DNA of 52,150 bases, the filler included, from Basidioascus undulatus (lineage: Eukaryota): the NCBI GenBank assembly GCA_000826855.1. It is 3 parts of 3 records of this genome, joined end to end, with 100 filler letters (N's around TTAATTAATTAA, not from the genome) between each part and the next. Parts side by side here need not be neighbours in the genome. Positions count along the whole stretch, not along the records: positions 17,450 to 34,751 come from JTLS01000539.1; positions 34,852 to 52,150 come from JTLS01000540.1; 1 more part is not named here. The stretch is one strand, 5' to 3'. The first letter of the stretch is position 1, and the number at the start of each line of letters is the position of its first letter. Below are positions 25,825 to 36,639 of this stretch, one piece after another. Below the pieces are notes generated by a model that searched no databases, was not told where the DNA came from, and saw nothing but the letters and a program-made list of their open reading frames with translations. The translations under genes were made by a program, and so were the position numbers.

Positions 25825-26189
25825 TGCAAGTGTATGCGAGCGAGGAGGAAGCGGCGAAAGACCGATAGTCCAGTGTCGGGCAATGGCGACCGGAAGCGGA
25901 TCGGGTTCAGTTGCCTCCCGTGTCGCAGGCCGTTTCCAGATATCACTTTTCAGCTTTGTGAACCGAACGCCTACTGAGGTCCCCAGTCTCGCAAACATCC
26001 AGCGTCCATCCAGCCGCGTGTTGCATAAAAAGACCGGATGACAACTTCGGTGGACGAAAAGAAGAGCGTGTAGAATCACTTAGACAAGACCAGGAGAACA
26101 TGATACCTCAAGAACAACGTAAAATATGGAAATTATGCAAACATCTTGCAGAAGCTACAGCCCTCGCCCGCCGTCGCCGCCCACATCCC

Positions 26190-26826
26190 TCACTTCCCGA
26201 TCTTCCCCGCCACCCCGAAGTCCACCGCCGCCAACAAGCCATCCACCACAGTGATAATGTCCCACCCTCCAAGCAACCACCTTCCCGTGCGGGGCATGAC
26301 CGCATCGTCGAGCACCCACTGCGACGCGTTCGCGAGTCCGAGGGTGAGCAGCGCTTCGCGGTCGAAAATCGTGGGCTGCTCGGCCTGGCCCTGGGCCTGG
26401 GATGGTGGGGGCGTGGATTTCGTGTTGGGGAAGAGACGGACGAGTGAGTGGCGGAGGTGGAATGCGAGGCGCAAGAGGGAAAGGAGCGCGGCGGAGGTGT
26501 TGAACCCCCCGAAGAAGCGCAGGACGTCGAGCGTATGCGGGGAGGTGAACGGGTCGCGGAGGGTGGAGCTGAAGGGTTGGGGAAGTGTTTTGTAAGTGAA
26601 AATGTAAAGACAATGCAGTCGCATGGTGATCGGGACGCACTACTTCTGGTCCCCGGGCCTTTGAACAGAAAGTAATACGCAGCTGCGAGGAACCAGCTGG
26701 CGTTCTGATTGATAAAGACAAACGGCGTCAGGTACTCTCCGGGACCCTCAATTTAACTTGGTAGCATACCCCGGCGTAGACTATGCTCAGCGAAGAGGCA
26801 GAGGAAGGCTTGAAGATGCTGGACAT
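26190..26826 (-). CDS. small fungal membrane protein of unknown function
   Basis: MSSIFKP..IVYAG, intron, NASWFLAAAYYF, intron, then DVLRFFGGFNTSAALLSLLRL..LGLANASQW..RW..WDIITVVDGLLAAVD. Four hydrophobic segments. The second intron's phase is off by 1 nt with the obvious GTGCGT donor, so the model is uncertain. Confidence 0.6.
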
Positions 26827-27037
26827 GCTGGGGAAGTACTTCGTGCGTAGGGGAGGTGACGTCGGCAGGATAGAGTTGGTGCCTTTCAGAAACCTTTCTT
26901 TTATCCTTAAGGACCCCGGATGTTGAATAAGCGAGGGGAACACATGATAATGTTGCGAAAAGCCGTTGTGGTATGCCGTACCGATCCACGAAATGAATGC
27001 CGAACGCCGACTGCCGGTGACTGACTACTGCCGCCCC

Positions 27038-27085
27038 TAAAGTTCCTCTTCCTAAAGTTCCTCCCATAAAGTTCCTCCCCCTAAA
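27038..27085. repeat. three tandem copies of TAAAGTTCCTC at 14-15 bp period
   Basis: Copies at 27038, 27053 and 27067, plus a partial TAAA at 27082. They sit in the divergent intergenic region between the membrane gene and YPP1. Confidence 0.85.
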
Positions 27086-27708
27086 TGGGACTTGCCCCGG
27101 CGAGGTCAACAGAAAAAGACAACGAGAGGTGAGCGCGAAGAGGGGTCGAAACATCCTTAATGTCGAGAAGCTGTCTCATCGACACTGCCCTTCGACCAGG
27201 AACCAAGACCGCCCAAAATTAAGGGCTATTTCCAAGCACAAGGCACACACTTAGTTAAGTGTTGTCTATCTTAAGTGTGTGAGCAGCTCGGTGATGAGCT
27301 CTGCTCTCAAGTGTGTACCAAGTGTGTACTGTGCGTCACTGACGGCGCTGGCTGAGAAAAGAACCTGCAGGTTCTTGGCCTCGATAAGGGACTCTGAAAT
27401 GTCAGTTCCGTTTCTAGAGATACTTTTTGAGCCTTTGATGAGGTAGTGACTGACAACAAGCATCACCAAAGACAGACAGACGATTGTGCGGCAAGATACC
27501 GAGAACCGTACAGCCTTTGGGCCGGGCTTAGGTAATCAAAACGCGCTCCCAGCGCAGCGTCAGGGGCGCTCGCTCGGTGCAGCACGTTGAGAAGCACGTT
27601 GCCCTCCTGCCTGCCCTGCTCTGTACATCTCTGTTCTTTATTCCTCTTTCGATACCCGCGCATACAACCACAAATACTCATCGGAACCGCGCAGTTCCCG
27701 CTCTCGAA

Positions 27709-30700
27709 ATGTCGACGATATCGGCCCATTCACCAGTCAAATACACGCACTACCTCTCCCAGCTGTCCACCGTCCTTCTCACACCCGACTGGCACCGCTC
27801 CCCCTCGCCCTTCCACAACCCCGCGGGAGGCGCGCTGCCCTTCGAGGAGGGCTTGCGGAAGCTCAAGAAGCACGCGCCCCCGGAGCGACAGGAGGCCGTC
27901 CAGCGCGAGGCCGAGCTGTTGGAATGGGACCGGTCTCTGAGGAACGTGCTGGGCGGGTCTGAGGAGGATAGGGGCAGGAACGACGCGGAGCAGGGCATTG
28001 GGAGCGCGCTGAGGGCGGCCGCGGACGTGGCGCTCGTGCCGGCTGCGAGCCGGAGTCTGGACGAGGTGGTCAGGAACGAGCTGCGGAGGATACACGACGA
28101 GGTCGCGAAGATCGATGCCAGCCTGTGGCCGGTGCGTCCATTCCTTCTACCCCGTAACGCCCAGGGTGCCAGACTGATAGCTTTAGCAGCAGGTCGTTCA
28201 CCATCATTCCCTGCTCATACGCTGCCACGCCCTCGCCCTCGTGCACGAGCAGGACCAGGCGCTCCAGCTCCTCGGACAGGCAGCCGATCTCGAACCGCAG
28301 CTTCACTCTGAAGTCGAAGGCGGCGACAGGCTCATCTTGCTCCGAAAGGTTGAGCGAGCAGTCATCGAAGGTGCGTCTAGGTCCTCAGCGGCTGCGCACA
28401 GGAACTGGTCATGACAAGGCACGAGCTGCGAGCAGGCGAAACGCTCGAGCGCTCTGCACCTCTTCGCGCTCTGTCGGCCTACTCGCACGCCGTCTCTCAT
28501 CTTCCCGCTCCACCCACATCCAAAGTCGCTCCTCAGCCGGCCACGACCCTCTCATACCTCTCCGCGCTCGCCTTGTCGCGCTCGGCCCTCCTCTCCTTCA
28601 GCGTATCCCCCTCCCCCCTCCCCGCATTCCGACTTTACCTCGCACACTCTCGCATCTGGCCAGCGGCCGTCCGCTCCGGCCCGCGACACATCAACACCCT
28701 CCTCGGCTACCTCAAGGCGCTCCTGCGTGACGAGGAGGCGCTCGATGCCGCGGAGGTGCGGCGCGTCAGGGAGGAGCTCGGGGATGTCCTGCGCAGGGAC
28801 ACCGGCTTCCCAAGGGCCGGGGAGGTCAACAAGCCCGTCCTCAAGTGGGTCGACCTGGTCGTCAAGCTCTGGAAGAAGGGCGGTGAGAAGTTGGAGGAAA
28901 TACCCGACCTGCTGGAGGTGCGCTTGCTGTCTCTCGAGATCTTAATCTCGGCGCTTATTCTCGGTTGCTCGCAGATTCTCTATACCGCCACGGCCCTCAC
29001 CTTCCACTCCCAGCTCATCCTTCGACACCTCCTCTTCCTCACGTCCCTGCACCCGTCGACTTTCGACACCGCCGCGCGCACACTCCGTCTCTACCACGCG
29101 CTGACGTCCAAGGCACGCGAGACGAACACGAGCGAGATCAACAAGCGCCTAAAAGCGCGCACCAGCTTGGGATCCGCCGAGCAGGCGCTGCAGGCGGCCG
29201 AGGAGGAGGAGGAGCTCGAGGCGGACTGCGACAATGACCGGACGTACGTTCGCGCCCTCGTTGGCGGTGCGCGGGTCCTCGTGCGATGTGGTGGCGAGGA
29301 CGAGGCGAAGGAGGCGGTTGAGATTTTGGAGGATGCGGGCAAGGTCGCACGGGAGGGCGAGCTCAAGGGAGACGAGCTTGTCGAGGCGCTCGTAGAGCGC
29401 ATGCTTGGCATCGCGAAGTCCGCCGTGGCCGCTCACGGTTCGTCTCTTTCTCCCTCTCCGGGTTCCCAGACCGCTGATGCTTGATCAACTGCAGAGGCGG
29501 ACCCGGTAAACCGCCCCAAACTCTTCGGTTCTGCGCTTTCTCACCTCCAACACGCGGCGTCGCTTGACCCCTCATCGTCCGAGACGTTCTACGCCCTCGC
29601 GCGGACGCACGCCGAGACGCGCGACATCGAGCCTGCGCGCGGGGCAGCGCGCAAAGCGCTCGAGCTCGACCCGCAGAACGTCGACGCGTGGCACCTCCTC
29701 GCGCTGCTGCTGAGCACCGACGACCTGTGCGGCGCGCGGGAAGCGGCCGAGGCGGGCCTGATGTTCGGCGCAGAGGAGGACGACGCCGAAGACCAGTCCG
29801 TCGTTGCGTACTCCGGCAAGATCCCGCCCCCCGAGCTCGAGGACGCCGCGGAGGACGGCGTCATCCAGCGCGACATGGCGTTCCAGCCCAACGGGCTGCC
29901 AGCAAAGCAGCGAGACGGCACGGCGCCGTCCTCCGTGGCGGACCCGATCTCCCGCGCAGACACGCCTGTCTTCACGTCCGCACCGCAACCTTCGGGCCCG
30001 CGCCGACGTACCGCGCAGCTCGACTTCCCCCCGACCCGACTGGACGCCGCCGAGTCGCTGCTGCGCCTGCGCATGACGTTGAACGTCATCGTCGAGGCGC
30101 TCGATGGCCCCGAAGGTGCGACGGAGAGCCACCAGGAGCTCTTTACGTTCTTCGCTTCCCGCATCGCGAAGAGCGTATCCGCCGCGACCGGGCCGGACGG
30201 CGACGACCAGATCCGCGCGTCGCTCGAGAGCGCGCCCATCCCCCCTCAACCCGTCCCGCCCAAAGTCGTCACGTCCGTTGCGTCTGCATCAACTGCTCCC
30301 GTCCCCGCCCCACTCGTGCAGACTTCGACATTCACCTCGGCCGCCACCTCACGTTCCGCCAGCCCGTCCTCAGCCCGCGCCCCGGCTTCCACCACCTCGC
30401 GCGGCAAGCACTTTCCCCTCCACCTCTCCGTCCACGGCACCCTCTCCAAGGCTCGCTCGCTGCAGCACAACATCCGTCCAGGCCACCGCCACCGTTCGGG
30501 CGCGAGCTCGGTCGCGTTCGCGGACGACACGCGGGCACCGGAACCGGGCGAGGCGAACAAACGTTCCGTCTCGATCGCGAGCTCGATCCACTCGCGGCAG
30601 AGCCGCCTCGGGAACGGGAGCGTCAACGGCGGGAGCTGGCGGCGGGCGCGATCCCACAGCGACCCGCCCGCCATGCAGGAGGAGGATCTCCCCCCGCCCC

Positions 30701-31252
30701 CGGCGGATAGCGAGCGCGACCCACGGGAAGCCAGGCTCCTCGCCGAGCTGTGGTTGTCGAGCGCAGCGACGTTCAGGCGATGGGGGAAAATGGAGCAGGC
30801 GCGCGGTGCGATCCAGGAGGCCGAGGCGCTCGATCCTGGTAACCCGGACGTCTGGGTACAGGTGCGTCGACCCCCGCAAGCTTTGAGCACGAACGTCGCT
30901 GATGGTCCTCCTTCCACAGCTCGGCCTCTACCACGCCGGGCAGTCCTCGCCCGAGCTTGCGCAGACGAGCTTCAACAAGGCGCTCTCGTTCGCGCCCGAC
31001 CACCCGGCAGCGCTCGTCAACCTCGCGCGCAGCTTTCTCGACTCGGGCGCGCCCGACCTCGCTGAGGGCCTCCTCGAAGCCGCCACGCGCGGCGCCGCAG
31101 CGTGGTCGTCTTCCGAGGCGTGGTACTTCCTCGGCAAGGCGTACGAGGTCCGCGGCCGCGCAAAGCGCGCGAGGGAGTGCTTCATCTACGCGCTTGAACT
31201 TGAGGACAGCAAAATCATTAGGCCGCTTGACGGCGCGGTGCCAAGGGCATGA
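27709..31252 (+). CDS. YPP1: TPR protein YPP1/TTC7 (PI4-kinase Stt4 complex subunit)
   Basis: TPR repeats (ARKALELDPQNVDAWHLLALLL), LLRLRMTLNVIVEALDGPEGA, and C-terminal LWLSSAATFRRWGK..AIQEAE..DVWVQLGLY..EAWYFLGKAYE..ALELEDSKIIRPL. Five introns. Confidence 0.85.
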
Positions 31253-31731
31253 CAGCGAGGAACATTCGGCATTTTCTTCAGGGCTCGACGTACTTCCTCT
31301 CTCTCTTTTTCGATTCTATATGCGACTCGTGTTACGCTGTCTAATGATAATGATTCCTCGGTGCCAGCTCCTGCTCTCGACGATGTGCAGATCTGCGTTG
31401 TATGCTAGTGCTGCTCTGCAATGCGAACTTGTGCGAACGCCGCATTACGGCGCTCTCAACTGGCGTCGACTGCTTGCGCGTATTGTCCCTGCTGTTCAAC
31501 ACCCATGGACGAAGAACGCGGCAGTGATCTCTGTTTCCCGCAGTACACGTAGACTTCCAGGAGCTGAACATCGTCGACAGAGTCGGACCGCCGCCGAGCC
31601 ACAGCTACGTCCCGTATGCGCTCTGGGTGCGTACCTTAGTGCATGTTTTCACGCATAATGCACCAGTGTTATTTACGCTGGCTGCTTTCCCTCATCCTCC
31701 AAGCGCATGATGGACGCCACACGCTGCATAT

Positions 31732-32470
31732 TCAGTGTGGCACAGTGCACACCAAACCTCGTCGGGTTCCAATGTTGAGGGTCCGAAACACATTGCATGC
31801 AGCCACAGTACTGTTGAAGTTTTTTCTCTGTACCGAAAGCTCTTCTACTCTGTTCCCTCGTGCCCATGACTTGTAAGGGAAGAGGATCGGCCGGGTGACG
31901 ACGTAGAAAGCCAGTCCGGTGGACTTGGACGTGAACTGTGACAGGGTGACACTCCTCTTTCAGCTTGAGCTGAGCTATAGCCTTGAGAATGTGCACCATA
32001 AGAAAGTGGAAAACTACGCACTGTAACCTTGGCGCCCTGAGGAAGGAAGACAAAGTCGCCTGCGGTCACGGTCGTGATCTCGCCGGTAGCGTGGTCCTGA
32101 GCAAGACGAACGGTCAGCACCCTCAGCAACATCAACATCGTCCGGAATGGCTTTCAATCCGTTAGTTTTTGAAAAAATACCCGCCTTAAGGGTGATCTCG
32201 CCGTCCAGCACGAACTTGCTCTCCTCGTATTCGAACACCATCGTCCGGGGCTGTTGCGAGCCAGGCGCTACTCAGTCCATTCTCCGCTCACATCCAACAA
32301 CTCAACAAAGGCTCACCTCTCCCTGCTCGATCTTGTAGAATCCCGAGGTCACGCTGGCCGGAGCCTTGGCCGGAGTGAAAGTGTGCAGGTCTCCGAGCCC
32401 GGCGGCGGGGTTGGGGAGGAAGTCGAAAGGCTTCGCCTTGGCCTCGCGGAGCGATCGGGACTGCGGACAT
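31732..32470 (-). CDS. cupin, EutQ/Cupin_3-like, with an apparent frameshift in exon 1
   Basis: LGDL..SVTSGFYKIEQGE, PRTMVFEYEESKFVLDGEITLK, DHATGEITTVTAGDFVFLPQGAKVT and FTSKSTGLAFYV. The ATG (CACCATG, 32470) is 1 nt out of frame with the cupin frame. One GC-AG intron. The 3' end is uncertain. Confidence 0.75.
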
Positions 32471-32765
32471 GGTGATGGAGGTTGAAATGGACGTTGAAAG
32501 GTGGATGGGGGCTGGGAGTGTGGAAGGCCGCAGACTGTCGAAAGAACTGGTCTTTAACTTGTTTCACTGACAATGAGAACGCGGCAGAGAAGCGCAAGCT
32601 GCTTCGGAAATTAGTGTAAGCGCTCAACACATTCCGTTCGGATAGAGGGTTTGATATCGTGTAGGTGAGCCGAGAGCGCATCGAGCGGTAGACGAAGCAT
32701 GAACAGCGTGCGAGCAGACGCGCTTCGCTTCGCAAGCGCCTAAGCACAGGCACGAGCCAATAATA

Positions 32766-33680
32766 TCATAGCTTTGCTCTCAACCGCATGAGCGCCTTCC
32801 CCAGCTCATTACGCCCTTGCCCATCTGGCCCAATACCCCAGAACGAATCAACCTGCCCCCCAGCATCAAATCAGTTACCTCGCAGGACATTCAGATGCAG
32901 CAAAGCTTATGTCGCTGTCCTCGATCAGCTCTCGCTCGCCCTTATTCTTCAGCAGATCCCACACATCGCGGTTCTGCGTGAACTTGGTCTCCAGGACCGT
33001 GTCCGTCACCCCAACATTCACGTCGAACCAGTCCGGCCACTGCAGGCGCCGAAGACGCGTCGCTTCTTGCAGCGCGGCCTGCGCGGTGGGGCACGCCCGG
33101 ATGCGCTCGGGTAGGTCGACTCGGTCTGGGAAGAATTTGTGAGCTTAGAACACTGTGTGCTTAGGAACGTAAGATGGAGATCGCGGGAGGGGCCCGGAGA
33201 CGGGAAAGCGAGGGGGCACAATGCTCGGCCATTGGGTAAATCCTCCCGTCAAACTCCATCGGCCGCGGATAGAAGTTGGTGAACCTGGAAGGAGAAGAGT
33301 GGTCAATTTGACGCTTCACAGAAGTCAAACTATGATTGTCCACTCGTAATAAGGCCTATCGCGGTGATAGAACAGCAAGGGAAGGCGCCCTTGGTCTATT
33401 GAGGGGTCAGACGGCGGCGACGCCCCCGAGGCAGAATGTGAATGAGGGGAAGAGCTGTGATGCGGCAGCGCAAAAGCCGAGGATTGCGGACCAGTTTGAA
33501 ATGGAGCAGCTTAGGAAAATCTCATGGATCGAAAGTGTTGCTGAAGCGCTCACCTGCGTTGCCCTGCCTGCCAACAACATCCATATCCGCCTCTCCATAC
33601 GCATCGCCATCCCAGAAATCAGAATGGCCCGCTTCCTCCGTTTCGTTCGCATTTCGCGGCTGGTCCTATTAAATCCGTCC
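32766..33680 (-). pseudogene. NADAR (YbiA/DUF1768) family N-glycosidase / ADP-ribosyl hydrolase-like gene, disabled
   Basis: Spliced: LLFYHRDRPYYE|FTNFYPRPMEFDGRIYPMAEH|LF*AHKF..DWFDVNV..KFTQN..RELIEDSD|VDSFWGIGPDGQGRNELGKALMRLRAKL*. There is an in-frame TAA at 33145-33147 where FQAHKF is expected, and the last donor reads ATAAGC instead of GTAAGC (32910). The 5' end is uncertain and may extend to about 33900. Confidence 0.9.
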
Positions 33681-34053
33681 CTCTTGTCCGTGAGCAAGCG
33701 ACACCATCACTCATCCGACACACACCGACGCACCGTCGGTCATTCTCGCGAAGATATGCCAGGATGCCAAGCCTGTTCGCATCGTCGAGGACGTTGTAGA
33801 CTGCCAGTGATAGCCGTGTGAAGATCCGTAGCAGTAAGTTTGCATAACCATCCGAGATGGCGATGGATCTTGTCAAGTGGAAGACGTCGCCGCTCCTTGA
33901 GGCAAATGCGGGCGGGCGAGAATCCCGGTTGATCGCATGGAAGCTCGCGGGAATGGAGAGTCTGAGCTTTGTTTGTTCCGCCGCCTCGAGCACCGCTTTC
34001 TGAATCTGCACTCCCACCACTCGCACACCATCTCTTCACGAGGGCAACAACGC

Positions 34054-34656
34054 ATGTGTGTCGACCTCTCGCAACCCAACACGCTCTGCGCCTACCCGAC
34101 CTGCAACCAGACCATTTGGCGCGACCCCGACGGCAGCCATTCATTCCGCCTTCTGCTCGGACACCCACCGGCGCAACATGGCTCAGGCTGCACCGCACAT
34201 GAACTGCATCGTGAGGCCAACCACTTCTCTAGTATGAAGTGAGCCATCTTACCCGGTAATCCGGTGGGTAGCAATGCGAGGCTCGGCCGGTCTACATTGA
34301 GAACGGATTCAGTGCGTCTGCGAGCTCTTTCCTGTTCTCGGCTCGCTCATTTGCCGCTGTTCCTCAGGCCACCCATAATGCGGTCGTACCTGCGCGATTG
34401 CCACTGCTAATGGGCAGCGGCTACCGCGCCCCGTCAATCGCCCGCGCCCGGCTCGATATGTAGGCTGGCGGGCTGCAACTCGCCAACGTTCGTGGACCGC
34501 AACGGCCTGGCGTCCGAGTACTGCTCGAACAACCACCGTCGGTGCGTCTACCATAAGATCTGGGGAAAGGTCTTGGTCTGATTGGAGGGATGAGGACAGG
34601 CTCGCGGTTCAGACGGGCAAGGCGGAGGAGTGCCTGTCTGCAAGCAGATGCCGAAG
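34054..34656 (+). pseudogene. Cys/His-repeat (zinc-finger-like) gene, putative N-terminus of a PARP-like ADP-ribosyltransferase; disabled and truncated
   Basis: Exons 34054-34210, 34272-34311, 34368-34541 and 34600-34656 give CAYPTCNQTIWRDPDGSHSAFCSDTHRR..CIQCEARPVYIENGFSHP*CGRTCA..CRLAGCNSPTFVDRNGLASEYCSNNHRRLAVQTGKAEECL.CKQMPK. Disablements are a CATT duplication at 34138-34145, a TAA at 34376-34378 and two further frameshifts. The PARP assignment is from my recall of this repeat architecture; no catalytic domain is in the window. Confidence 0.65.
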
Positions 34657-34676
34657 GTGCCTCCTCAGTCAGCCGT

Positions 34677-34751
34677 TGTTGAAAGTTTTATAGGGGTTGT
34701 ACTCGTCATTACAACGAGACAGTATACATTCTAGAAAACATTGTTTTAAAA
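34677..34751 (+). mobile_element. possible terminus of an LTR retroelement at the contig end
   Basis: Abrupt switch to AT-rich sequence starting TGTTG, 20 nt into an intron and immediately before the assembly break. Confidence 0.3.
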
Positions 34752-34851
34752 NNNNNNNNNNNNNNNNNNNNNNNNNNNNNNNNNNNNNNNNNNNNTTAAT
34801 TAATTAANNNNNNNNNNNNNNNNNNNNNNNNNNNNNNNNNNNNNNNNNNNN
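34752..34851. other. artificial contig-joining spacer
   Basis: 44 N + TTAATTAATTAA + 44 N, identical to 17350-17449. Confidence 0.97.
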
Positions 34852-35775
34852 CCTCTTCCGGCTCCTCTCCTCCCTCCGCCTCGCCCCCGCCGCCCCGATC
34901 TCCCTGCCTTCCGCCACCCGCTTCCGTGGCCAGCTCGCCCCTCGGCGCACCAAATACCGCAAGTCGCACAAGGGCCGCGTGTCGGTGCCCACGGGCGGGT
35001 CCACGAAGGGCACGACGCTTGCGTTTGGCGAATTCGGGCTGCGCGTCAAGCACGGCGTCCGCTTGACCGCCAAGATGATCCAGAGCTGCCAGGACGCGAT
35101 CAGGAGGAAGATCAAGGTCGTTAAGGGCGCGCAGCTCCATTTGCGGGTGTTTCCGGACTTGCCGGTTTGCGTGAAGGTGCTTGGTGTCTTTTGGGGATGA
35201 GGAGGAGCGGAAAGGAAGCTAAACTGGGAGTGGTGTGGGGTAGGGAAACGAGACTCGTATGGGCAAGGGGAAGGGGTCGTTTGAATACTGGGCGGTTCGG
35301 TGCGTAATGATCTCCTCTGTTTGTTCTTTCACACTCCTCTGACATGCCCGGACGGTCCAGCGTGCCTCCTAATCGCATCGTCTTCGAGATCGGCGGGGGC
35401 GGGATCCGCTCTGAAATTGCCGAAGAAGGTCCGCCGTCTTCCCTCCTCCTCTCCTCGTCCTTCTTTCCCTCCACCACCTCCTTCTCCTTTCACTCTCCCT
35501 CCATCCCCATCTCCATCTACCCTGCTTGCTTACCCTCGCTCCCCCGCCAAACAGCCCTGCGCCTGGCGCAAGTCAAGTTCCCCGTGCCCACCGAATTCGT
35601 CGTCGCCGGCACGCCGCCCAAGCTCGGCGGCGTGTTCGTTGACCCCCCGCGGTCGAACGACGGCCCCGCGGGCGGGAAGGCCGCGCTCGAGGGCGGGCAC
35701 GTGGACGTTACGGTGCTGGGGCAGGGCGAGGCGGAGAAGGTCAAGGGCGCGCAGCAGGCGGAGGCGAAGGCGTAG
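34852..35775 (+). CDS. MRPL16: mitochondrial ribosomal protein uL16m, 5'-truncated by the gap
   Basis: [63 protein letters not shown]..|[11 protein letters not shown]. Three introns. Confidence 0.95.
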
Positions 35776-36639
35776 AGAGAGCGCTGGAGGGGGAGGACGA
35801 TGGATACTGAGGTAGACGAGACTTAGCGTGGGTGCGGTGTGCGGCGTGCGCGGCCCAGGGGCTGTGCGGATGATGTGCGAGCGGGAGGGACAGTGGTCAG
35901 ATGGCGTCGGTGAGCATCGGTAACAAGACAGATCGGCTCGATGCAGTGGGCTGGAAGCTTGGGCTCGACGACGTTCCCCTTCCATAATCTACATACGGGC
36001 GATACGACGACCATTATCGTTCGGAATTTCGAAATTCTGATGGCCAATGTGCGGTCAGCCGTACTGGGTATACGAAAGCCGCCAGGATTTGTGGAATACA
36101 TACGCCGCAACCTCCGTTTCTGATTTTCCCCCCGCAATTCAGTACATTTGGTAGTGATGTCGGACATTGCAGCTTGCTTGATCGGCACCGCGACCTTGCA
36201 ATCACTCCCGGCCAGGTGGCAGTTCCGCTCAAGCTTGCAACGCAGCCATGCAACGTCGAAAACGCTCGCTCTAGCGTCGAACATGACCATGCCTCATTAA
36301 TTAGTAACAAACGGGGGTAGATTCAAACGGGGGTATATTCGAGAAACTTTCCTGAACGCCGGGTTCAACGTTGCGCAGCAGAACATGCAGAACAAACACC
36401 CCGCATGTACAGTCGAGCTCGTTGCGTAGATCTCGCGATGGATATCCTGGTGTATTGATTCTATGCCTATTTCCCCCTTCAATATTGACGTGAAGAGGCT
36501 TGCAGCGTGCAGAACCAAAAGAAGGGTAATCACGCTCGGGTTCCGTCTTCCTTTCGAATGTTAACCTCATCCCATGCTGGTTCATTTCCGCCTATGCAGT
36601 TGATTCCAGCACCCTTAAGCTGTATCACATATCACTATG

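Noticed and set aside
27038..27085. CRISPR-like array
   Set aside because: The units are 11 bp with 3-4 nt linkers, the context is eukaryotic and there are no cas genes.
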